Below, piece after piece: positions 19,325-26,284 of a DNA stretch of 52,141 nucleotides. Under the pieces are notes generated by a model, which saw only the letters and a program-made list of their open reading frames with translations, did no database searches and was not told the origin of the DNA. Position numbers and translations under genes: made by a program. Each line of letters begins with the position of its first letter. The stretch's first letter is position 1. The stretch is taken from positions 1 to 52,141 of the IMG/VR virus record IMGVR_UViG_3300031957_000416. The stretch is one strand, 5' to 3'. This stretch comes from a virus (lineage: Duplodnaviria > Caudoviricetes).

Positions 19325-19526
19325 TGGGGACTATAAGAATAAATTTAAAATACTATTAAGAATTCTTTTATGGTTAATATAATTTTAGAAGTGAGGGCAT
19401 ACATTGAGGCGTATCTATTGAGTGAATTGTAAACCACTTAATAAAACTTTAATGGGTGGACATGGGTGTATCTATGAAAGTTTTTGGTAGGGTGTCTTTA
19501 ATGGTGAGGCCAAAAAAATTAGGCAT

Positions 19527-19562
19527 AAAAAAAGAGCCATCAAAATTAATCAATGGCTCTTT
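19527..19562 (-). terminator. Intrinsic terminator of the 19583..20512 gene
   Basis: AAAGAGCCAT/ATGGCTCTTT stem with a T7 tract on the minus strand. Confidence 0.8.
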
Positions 19563-19582
19563 AATTGTTAGTTAATTAATGG

Positions 19583-20512
19583 CTAAGCAACTTGAGAATG
19601 TTCCTCAATTCCACCATCGACAACTGGTGCTTTGTTATAATCATTAATGGTGTTTCTTAAATTTCTAAACACTTTTAAATGATCGGCTTTCAACTTCTCA
19701 TCAACTTGAACAGTCGTATTGTTCTCATCATCTTGATCAAAGTTATTCTCATCATTGACATAGTTAACCATTGCAGAAAAGAAGTTCACCATCTTTTGAT
19801 TGTGTGATAATGCTTCTTTTATCTCATCAAGATCAATTAAAGTTTTTTCTGCAAGTTCATCATATTTAAATGATATCTCTTTGTTGCCTTGCTTCTGCTC
19901 TTTTTTGCTAGGCACTTTAATAAAACTATTTAATAGTTTATTAAATGTGTCCTCATTGATTGACTCAATTTTTCTTAGCAATGATTTTTGCCTTGTCGCT
20001 TCTGATTCAATTCCAAAAATTCTATTGTAAACTTTTGGAATCTCTTTTAATGGTTGCCTTGCGTGTGCTGGTGTAAAATCATCTTTTACATTTGCATATT
20101 CACTGACGACAACAAAGACATTATTTCTAAAATAAAAATAAGGGCTATCTGCACTATTTCTATTTTTTGTATTGTCCTCGTCATTTTCTTTGTAGTACCA
20201 TACAAGAGAAATCAAAATTGCATTTGATACATTATTTTCAAAAGTGGTGTTTCTCTCACTTGTAATGATACCATCATCGTTTTTAGTTTCTCCCTCATAC
20301 TCAGCAAGAGAAAAAATTCTCTCTTTTAAAGTATCAGTTTCTATACTATTGCCTCTATACTCGGTATTGAGCCATGACAGTATAAGAGTTGCAAAGTCAT
20401 TGATCGTTTGAGCACTTGTGCTCTTTTGTGTATCTATCAAATTCTTTTTTGCGAATTTTGATAGTGCCATTTCATTTTTAGCATTTTCTTTTCTAATGTC
20501 TATTGTAGTCAT
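19583..20512 (-). CDS. Hypothetical early protein
   Basis: 309 aa ORF with its own terminator. No recognisable motif. Confidence 0.75.
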   Translation of the reverse strand: MTTIDIRKENAKNEMALSKFAKKNLIDTQKSTSAQTINDFATLILSWLNTEYRGNSIETDTLKERIFSLAEYEGETKNDDGIITSERNTTFENNVSNAILISLVWYYKENDEDNTKNRNSADSPYFYFRNNVFVVVSEYANVKDDFTPAHARQPLKEIPKVYNRIFGIESEATRQKSLLRKIESINEDTFNKLLNSFIKVPSKKEQKQGNKEISFKYDELAEKTLIDLDEIKEALSHNQKMVNFFSAMVNYVNDENNFDQDDENNTTVQVDEKLKADHLKVFRNLRNTINDYNKAPVVDGGIEEHSQVA

Positions 20513-20618
20513 TTAGTTTTCTTTTCTTGAAAGTTCTATTTATAAAAAATATTTGATTCAAACAACTTTCAAAATTTCAAATCAAATCATTATTAAAAGT
20601 ATCAAAGTTTTTAAAATT

Positions 20619-20683
20619 AATCAAGTCATTGATTTCATTAAATATTACTTGCTGACATCAGCACAATTTATTCAATGAAATCA
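20619..20683. repeat. Long inverted repeat with overlapping IHF-consensus matches
   Basis: Arms 20630-20644 and 20669-20683 match 14/15. Central TGCTGA-CA-TCAGCA. WATCAANNNNTTR matches at 20619-20631 (+) and 20622-20634 (-). Confidence 0.65.
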
Positions 20684-20690
20684 GTAGACA

Positions 20691-20709
20691 TATATCAATC
20701 TGATATAGG
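20691..20709. repeat. Palindromic operator-like repeat, copy 2
   Basis: TATATCA-ATC-TGATATA-GG. Confidence 0.7.
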
Positions 20710-20798
20710 CAGCGATGCAGGTCGCAGGTTGTAATTTAATTGGCAATAATATGTCCTTGATACGATAGCTCCTTTGGAGCTCTAGGGCCTGGCTGTGT

Positions 20799-20827
20799 TT
20801 GACTCCAGGACCTGGCGGTTGTATACT
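20799..20827 (+). promoter_or_regulatory. sigma70-like early promoter
   Basis: TTGACT-17 nt-TATACT upstream of 20864, which has an AAAGGAG RBS. Confidence 0.78.
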
Positions 20828-20863
20828 TAAAGTATATCAACAACTCAAATCAAAGGAGACATT

Positions 20864-21148
20864 ATGAGTTCAAACAAAAAACTAAACACTTGTCCAGACT
20901 GTCAAGGTAATGGACATCACAAATACTTTACTGACATTTCTCAGAATAAAACGGCTACTACTTTATGTGAGACCTGCGATGGTCAAACTGTTTTATCTGA
21001 TTCAAGATATGTAAAGTTTACAGAAGAAGATAAGATACAAGCTGAAGCAAGATGGCTTGCAGTACACAAACCAAGAGCTAGAAAAACTCTACACATATCT
21101 ACTGTAATTGAAAACATTATGAAAGACTTACAGCGAGGTAATGACTAA
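20864..21148 (+). CDS. Small DnaJ-like zinc-finger protein
   Basis: CPDCQGNG...CETCDG. Confidence 0.72.
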   Translation: MSSNKKLNTCPDCQGNGHHKYFTDISQNKTATTLCETCDGQTVLSDSRYVKFTEEDKIQAEARWLAVHKPRARKTLHISTVIENIMKDLQRGND

Positions 21149-21261
21149 TGCCAGCGATAGTAGAAGTTTTATTAGTCGCTGCCTTTGGACTATCTCTATT
21201 AGTTCTGGCAGGTTTTGTGTTAATACAATTAATAGATCACTTTGGAGGTAACCATGAGTAA
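21148..21261 (+). CDS. Small membrane peptide (37 aa, not on ORF track)
   Basis: MPAIVEVLLVAAFGLSLLVLAGFVLIQLI. TAATG coupling and GAGG upstream. Confidence 0.6.
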   Translation: MPAIVEVLLVAAFGLSLLVLAGFVLIQLIDHFGGNHE

Positions 21262-21475
21262 AGAATCAAGGTCAGCGAGAAGAGCTATGAAACTTTTCTT
21301 TTCTGAAAAGGCAAGGAAAAGAAGATATGCTATGAACAGAAGAAGAATATTAAACTGTTGCAAAGCTGTGAGAACTGCCAAGCATTCAGATATGACAATC
21401 TTCTGGCTTAACCATGTGCAATACTTTCTAAAGAAAAGAAGGATCATTGGAACTAAGATGGAGGTGATTAAATGA
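21254..21475 (+). CDS. Small basic hypothetical protein
   Basis: ORF-track 21242..21475. GGAGG RBS favours the ATG at 21254. Confidence 0.6.
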   Translation: MSKESRSARRAMKLFFSEKARKRRYAMNRRRILNCCKAVRTAKHSDMTIFWLNHVQYFLKKRRIIGTKMEVIK

Positions 21476-21527
21476 TTGATGCAGAAACACTAGCAGTTAT
21501 CATAAACTTTATATTTGCTTTTATTAT

Positions 21528-21713
21528 ATGATAGAAGTAGAGCCAATTACTTTTGAGTGGAATGACAATCATTCTAGATCAGAGAACTTTGATACTTGGT
21601 TGAGACGAACTAACCGAGAGCATAGAAACTATAAAGAGATAGAGTATACAAAAGAAGAAGGTTTAAAAATCTTTGATAAGCTCTATCCAGTTGGAGCTTT
21701 GTACCCAGCTTAA
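21528..21713 (+). CDS. Hypothetical protein
   Basis: 61 aa ORF in the early operon. Confidence 0.65.
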   Translation: MIEVEPITFEWNDNHSRSENFDTWLRRTNREHRNYKEIEYTKEEGLKIFDKLYPVGALYPA

Positions 21714-21731
21714 CATATTCCGTAAGGGATC

Positions 21732-21780
21732 CTACCTCTAGTCGTCTCCAAACTCTAGGGGTAGTGTAAACATTTGGAGA
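21732..21780 (+). promoter_or_regulatory. H-type RNA pseudoknot in an intergenic leader
   Basis: Stem 1 pairs 21732-21741 with 21755-21764. Loop TCTCCAAA (21745-21752) pairs with TTTGGAGA (21773-21780). Confidence 0.55.
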
Positions 21781-21793
21781 GAGAGGATAAGTT

Positions 21794-21967
21794 ATGTACC
21801 TTGTAGTTGAAGAGATACACTATCAAGCAATAGATGAAAAACATTATTATGTTAGATTTTCTGATGCTGATATGGTTAGATGCCAGGCCTGGCTAGATAC
21901 TAAAAAAAGTTTAGAAGAAGTAGAAGGCGATAAAAAAAATTACGCTATATTTTCAACAGCGTCTTAA
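21794..21967 (+). CDS. Hypothetical protein (57 aa, not on ORF track)
   Basis: MYLVVEEIHYQAIDEKHYYVRF...NYAIFSTAS. GAGG RBS, terminator downstream. Confidence 0.65.
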   Translation: MYLVVEEIHYQAIDEKHYYVRFSDADMVRCQAWLDTKKSLEEVEGDKKNYAIFSTAS

Positions 21968-21984
21968 AAATACTCCCCCCTAAT

Positions 21985-22021
21985 AAAAACCCCACTAGGA
22001 ATTATCTTAGTGGGGTTTTTT
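21985..22021. terminator. Bidirectional intrinsic terminator
   Basis: AAAAACCCCACTAGGA-ATTA-TCTTAGTGGGGTTTTTT between convergent genes. Confidence 0.88.
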
Positions 22022-22112
22022 GTGGCTGTTATGGTGTCCCAACATTTAACAGACTGCCGAAATTCTGCACCACATTTATCTGACTACCAGCCGAACTCGT
22101 CATCTGGATTCA

Positions 22113-23138
22113 TCAAGCAGTACCAGACATGCCATGCAACACGATTACATTCGGCACTTCTTGTGGTGTGTCATCAATACCATCTAAGGCATTGTTTAAC
22201 TTATTGATTCTGAACTGTGCTTGAGGTGTCAATGCAAGGGCAGTATTGTTTCCTGCTCCTCTTATCTGTGCCTCAATAGGTTTCATCATCTTACCAAGTG
22301 GAGACTCAAGTAGCCCTTCAACACTTCGTATCTTAGATAGTATGCCACGCACATCATTGTAGTAGCCTTGTCGTTCCTCTTGTAGATTATCCAAAGCTGC
22401 CGACATTCTATCGCAAAGTATCTTCTCTTGTTTGATAGTGTTGAAATCCCCAGCATCGTAAACAGCCAAGCCTTGAGTATGACATTCATAATTTAATCTG
22501 ATACAAACATTTGAATTGAAGTTATCGACAACCCAATTACTGTATGCTTCATGACTTTCCATTTTTCTGTCATAATCTCGTTGCCTACTCCAACCCATGT
22601 TTTGATACTCGACACTTCTCTGCATACCGATACCATTTTCTTTCAAGTAATCATGATTGATTAGCTCAAATGTTCTTCTGTCTGGGTAAGTATTAAACCT
22701 AGCAGTAGCTTCTTCTCTATCCATACCATCTGCGTCTTGCGATACAAGATTAAAATGAATGCATTGATCCAGATGAAATATACTTCTATTATAATAGACG
22801 CTACTCCTACCATCAAATGTACTTTTAAATGAGTCATTCTCTTTATCCTTGAAGTCCTCAAGTTTCAGGTCAGATACTTGTTTGTTATGAGGCAGTCCTG
22901 TGGTGTTCCACCTATTTCTATCGCTTATCTCACGCATAGCATTCACTTGATCTTGAGGTGTGTGTGCTGTGATATAACGATTTGCCACATTATACGCATT
23001 GCGATACGCATTTTCCCATTGACTTTTATTTGTGTCATAGGTTTCTTTGTAGTCGCTTGGTAGACTGTGGATAGTTTTCAAAGCATGTGGGAGAATTACA
23101 TTCTCTTTGATGTCTTTGTCTATCAGTGTTTTTGCCAT
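22113..23138 (-). CDS. Hypothetical early protein
   Basis: 341 aa with AAGGAG RBS and its own promoter. No recognisable family. Confidence 0.8.
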   Translation of the reverse strand: MAKTLIDKDIKENVILPHALKTIHSLPSDYKETYDTNKSQWENAYRNAYNVANRYITAHTPQDQVNAMREISDRNRWNTTGLPHNKQVSDLKLEDFKDKENDSFKSTFDGRSSVYYNRSIFHLDQCIHFNLVSQDADGMDREEATARFNTYPDRRTFELINHDYLKENGIGMQRSVEYQNMGWSRQRDYDRKMESHEAYSNWVVDNFNSNVCIRLNYECHTQGLAVYDAGDFNTIKQEKILCDRMSAALDNLQEERQGYYNDVRGILSKIRSVEGLLESPLGKMMKPIEAQIRGAGNNTALALTPQAQFRINKLNNALDGIDDTPQEVPNVIVLHGMSGTA

Positions 23139-23173
23139 ATGTTTACTCCTTTTGTTGGCGTTGATATAGTTTT

Positions 23174-23202
23174 AGTATATGGTGTTCGTGTGTGTGAGTC
23201 AA
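23174..23202 (-). promoter_or_regulatory. sigma70-like promoter
   Basis: Minus strand TTGACT-17 nt-TATACT. Confidence 0.78.
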
Positions 23203-23220
23203 GTGGGTGTGCGTAAGTGT

Positions 23221-23248
23221 TTGACATATATAGATAATTATATATACT
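23221..23248 (+). promoter_or_regulatory. sigma70-like promoter (divergent partner)
   Basis: TTGACA-16 nt-TATACT. Confidence 0.7.
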
Positions 23249-23254
23249 AAGGGT

Positions 23255-23395
23255 ATGACTACAAACTTTTACAACAAACCTCACCCCTTTTGGATTGACC
23301 TAGCAGAAAAAAGAAAAGCTAGTACAAAAAAAAGAAAAGAGGCTTGGCGTAAATCAAAACAAAAAAGGAGACTACATGACACAAGAGCTAGATAA
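23255..23395 (+). CDS. Small basic protein, probably leaderless (46 aa, not on ORF track)
   Basis: ATG follows the -10 box after a 6 nt gap. MTTNFYNKPHPFWIDLAEKRK. Confidence 0.5.
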   Translation: MTTNFYNKPHPFWIDLAEKRKASTKKRKEAWRKSKQKRRLHDTRAR

Positions 23396-23900
23396 AAATG
23401 GCAGACCAAAAATTTACTGCAAGAACTGTGGTAAACGAATGGCACATACAATAAATCAACAATACTATGGAACTGATGGGTACGAACACTACTGGTATTA
23501 TCAACTACAAGATAGAGGTGAAGTGTTTGACAACAGAGCTGAAGCAGAACTGTTCCTTCAAAGATTACTTAATGAAGGATACATGAACCGAAGGTATCAC
23601 CCAGCCAGGCCTTTAAAAATAGACACGCTAGAGCCATACAATTCAGGCGGTAGGACTATGTATTACGTAGAATACAGTAGGTATATATGTGAGCCAGTAG
23701 ACTATCAGTTTCATTCACAGTCTTGTATGCTAGAGTTTCTACAACGACCAGACATAATGTCACAGATACTTCCTATCATTGAGGCTAACAAAGCCGAACC
23801 TATCATACCTGTGAGGCAACCAAGAAAAAAAAGAGAAGTTAAGATAGACCTACCAGACTATGACTCTATGGCTAAGAGGTTAGGAAACCTACCAGTATGA
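23376..23900 (+). CDS. Hypothetical Zn-binding protein
   Basis: CKNCG near the N-terminus and FHSQSC later. AAGGAG RBS. Confidence 0.72.
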   Translation: MTQELDKNGRPKIYCKNCGKRMAHTINQQYYGTDGYEHYWYYQLQDRGEVFDNRAEAELFLQRLLNEGYMNRRYHPARPLKIDTLEPYNSGGRTMYYVEYSRYICEPVDYQFHSQSCMLEFLQRPDIMSQILPIIEANKAEPIIPVRQPRKKREVKIDLPDYDSMAKRLGNLPV

Positions 23901-24070
23901 GTACAAAGATATGTAAAACATGTGGTGTTGAATTTAGTATCAACAAATGGCAGACAACAAAAGTTTATTGTAATGATGGTTGCAAACCTACCTTTAGACC
24001 TAATCGAGGAAAACCTCGTGGACGACCTAAAGATGAGTGGAAAGAATCATTTAAACGATATGGTATATAG
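23897..24070 (+). CDS. Zn-finger plus AT-hook mini-protein (57 aa, not on ORF track)
   Basis: KICKTCGVEF...YCNDGC then GKPRGRPK. ATGA overlap with the upstream stop. Confidence 0.7.
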   Translation: MSTKICKTCGVEFSINKWQTTKVYCNDGCKPTFRPNRGKPRGRPKDEWKESFKRYGI

Positions 24071-24139
24071 AACCCCCCTCGGAGCCACAGGTTCTTATAG
24101 CATGGATTCAAATTAAAGTCAAATAAAAAAGGAGATAAA

Positions 24140-24676
24140 ATGAATATATTTTTTTTAGATAAATTACCAGAGAAGTCAGCAGAGATGTTGTGTGACAAGC
24201 ATGTACCTAAGATGTTACTTGAGACATGCCAGATGTTATCAACTGCGTATCAACGACACATGGGAGAACATGAAGAGCTCTACAAATCAGCATACCCTAA
24301 ACACCCTATGACAATATGGGTTGGAGATTCTCAAGCAAACTTTGATTGGTCATTTGATCACGCAGTAGAGATATCAAAGCAGTACGATAAGAGATTTAAA
24401 AAAGAACACAAGTCAAAGAAAATACTCCAAGTCTTAGCGAGAGAATACATATTAGATACTATAAAAATTCCAGACATAGGATTTACTGAACCACCACAAT
24501 GTATGCCAGACACTTACAAATGTGATGACTATGTAAAAGCATATAGAGATTACTATTGGAATGATAAAGATTACTTTGCCAAATGGGACAAAGGTGTTGA
24601 TATGCCTGATTGGTGGTGGGATAGAATGCTAGGCATAAAGATAAAGCTAGTTGACACAAACAAACAAATCGCCTAG
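24140..24676 (+). CDS. Pyrimidine-dimer DNA glycosylase (DenV-like family)
   Basis: MNIFFLD...CDKHVPKMLLETCQMLST, YK...HPMTIW and PPQCMPD...AYRDYY. Confidence 0.8.
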   Translation: MNIFFLDKLPEKSAEMLCDKHVPKMLLETCQMLSTAYQRHMGEHEELYKSAYPKHPMTIWVGDSQANFDWSFDHAVEISKQYDKRFKKEHKSKKILQVLAREYILDTIKIPDIGFTEPPQCMPDTYKCDDYVKAYRDYYWNDKDYFAKWDKGVDMPDWWWDRMLGIKIKLVDTNKQIA

Positions 24677-24679
24677 GAT
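24651..24679 (+). promoter_or_regulatory. sigma70-like promoter
   Basis: TTGACA-17 nt-TAGGAT, then a 6 nt gap to the ATG. Confidence 0.65.
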
Positions 24680-24685
24680 AATAGT

Positions 24686-25366
24686 ATGAAAAAAAATTAC
24701 TCACAAGTATCTTTAGATAAGATTAAAAACGGTCACACCATCTACACAAAGACTATCAAGGTGGTGGAGTTCTATCCATACAAAGCTCTTAAACCTGTTA
24801 TCAATAAGAAGTTAGGTAAGAAGGTGAGCAAGGGTATGCACAAGGATAGGCCTATATTCACATTAACGTTAGAGGAGAGGGCTACATGCCCTCGTACTTG
24901 TGGGCATTGGGATGATTGTTATGGCAACAACATGCCCTTTGCTCACAGGATATCTCATGGCAACGGGCTAGTTCACAAGCTATACACAGATCTCACAGAG
25001 ATACAGAAGAAGCATGAGAAGTTTCTTGTAAGACTTCATGTACTTGGAGATTTCTATTCAGTAGATTATGTACAGTTTTGGGAGAGATGTCTTGATAAAT
25101 TTCCTGGGCTTGCTATCTGGGGATACACACATTGGCACCCAGGTACAGACATAGGAGATGAGATTAAGAGAATACGCACAGCACAATGGGATAGATTCTC
25201 AATACGATTTTCAGATTATACCAGAGATATACTATCAGCTAACTCAGAAGAGATAGCAGAGAAAGGTGTAGTATGTCCAGAACAGACAGGCAAAGCCAAG
25301 AGCTGTGCCGACTGCGGTCTGTGTTGGTCCATGAAGAAGCAATCAGTTATATTTAAAACACATTGA
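24686..25366 (+). CDS. GP88-like Cys-rich (putative Fe-S) protein
   Basis: TCPRTCGHWDDCY, VRLHVLGDF and C-terminal CPEQ...CADCGLCW. Confidence 0.7.
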   Translation: MKKNYSQVSLDKIKNGHTIYTKTIKVVEFYPYKALKPVINKKLGKKVSKGMHKDRPIFTLTLEERATCPRTCGHWDDCYGNNMPFAHRISHGNGLVHKLYTDLTEIQKKHEKFLVRLHVLGDFYSVDYVQFWERCLDKFPGLAIWGYTHWHPGTDIGDEIKRIRTAQWDRFSIRFSDYTRDILSANSEEIAEKGVVCPEQTGKAKSCADCGLCWSMKKQSVIFKTH

Positions 25367-25391
25367 CATAGGCATATGATTGTGCTAATAT
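25363..25391 (+). promoter_or_regulatory. sigma70-like promoter with extended -10
   Basis: TTGACA-17 nt-TAATAT, preceded by TGc. Confidence 0.7.
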
Positions 25392-25519
25392 AAGATATTC
25401 CAAGACACTGAGACTATGTATGCACACGCTTCTCAGATGAGGATAGAGAGAGGTGGGAACGGCTATACTAGTTAGCCTATAAACCTCTCTCACTTTTTAA
25501 TAACAACAAGGAGGCAGAA

Positions 25520-25846
25520 ATGCAACGACTAAAACGACAGACCTTTTCAGATCAGTTACATAAAATTGTAGGTTCTAAAATATTCTCTGCAAAGTTCACA
25601 AAGAAGAACGGAGAAGATAGAGTTATGAACTGCATGTTAGGTGTAAAGAAACATCTGAGAGGTGGAGATAGAACGACTAAGAAAGAAGAGTTTATGATTG
25701 TATGGGATACTATGAAGCAAGAGTATCGCAACATCAACCTTCAAACTTTAGATTGGATTAAGTTTAATGGCAAACTATATACTGTTAAGCTCCAGTATAG
25801 AGGCAACCAAATAAAATTAATACCTGCAGAGGATATAGCAGAATGA
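25520..25846 (+). CDS. SH3/Sm-like barrel protein (DUF2693 / WYL_2-like)
   Basis: FTKKNGEDRVM...VWDTMKQEYRNINL. AAGGAGG RBS. Confidence 0.65.
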   Translation: MQRLKRQTFSDQLHKIVGSKIFSAKFTKKNGEDRVMNCMLGVKKHLRGGDRTTKKEEFMIVWDTMKQEYRNINLQTLDWIKFNGKLYTVKLQYRGNQIKLIPAEDIAE

Positions 25847-26067
25847 GTAGGCAACCAGCAGATAGACTCCTTCAAGGGCGTTACGTCTTTGAAGGTGTGC
25901 CTAACACAGATGAAGGAGAAGAGTTCTTTCAGAATGTTAGGAAGTATCTTAACAGTCGTACTACTGATAGAGTAGTAAGAAGATGGAGAGGTCAAGGCAA
26001 CTGGCGTCATTCTATTAATGGTGATGAAGCTGATAGCTTTGTTATATATATAGATGAAAGGCAGTAG
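25843..26067 (+). CDS. Hypothetical protein
   Basis: 74 aa, coupled ORF containing RWRGQG. Confidence 0.65.
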   Translation: MSRQPADRLLQGRYVFEGVPNTDEGEEFFQNVRKYLNSRTTDRVVRRWRGQGNWRHSINGDEADSFVIYIDERQ

Positions 26068-26284
26068 CCCACAATCTGTAGATTGTTTTTACAGAAATAT
26101 GTATAACTATTACAAGGAAGGGCACGAGAGAGATATGGCTAAAAAAAAGAAAGAAGAAGATTGGTGGGATACTCATCTAATTATAGATGGTGTAGATGAA
26201 GCAACTGCAAAGCAGATAAAAAACAAACTCAAGAAGAAACTAGAAAAGGAATTGACTCGAACAAATGGTAAAACCCAAAGCTAG
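26054..26284 (+). CDS. Hypothetical protein
   Basis: 76 aa ORF. An internal start at MAKKKK is possible. Confidence 0.5.
   Translation: MKGSSPQSVDCFYRNMYNYYKEGHERDMAKKKKEEDWWDTHLIIDGVDEATAKQIKNKLKKKLEKELTRTNGKTQS

Larger units (their letters stand above)
19086..19562 (+). ncRNA. Candidate structured non-coding RNA or genome-terminus region
   Basis: Perfect promoter upstream, no ORF of 60 aa or more, and GC-rich hairpins at 19086-19108, 19134-19169 and 19182-19193. Confidence 0.35.

Noticed and set aside
22022-22112. Possible structured RNA or hammerhead in the 3' UTR of 22113..23138
   Set aside because: Only one modest hairpin is present and there is no CUGAUGA/GAAA core.
23922-24198. Track ORFs 23922..24116 (+) and 23965..24198 (-)
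   Set aside because: They have no RBS. The coupled 23897..24070 frame with Zn-finger and AT-hook motifs explains the region better.
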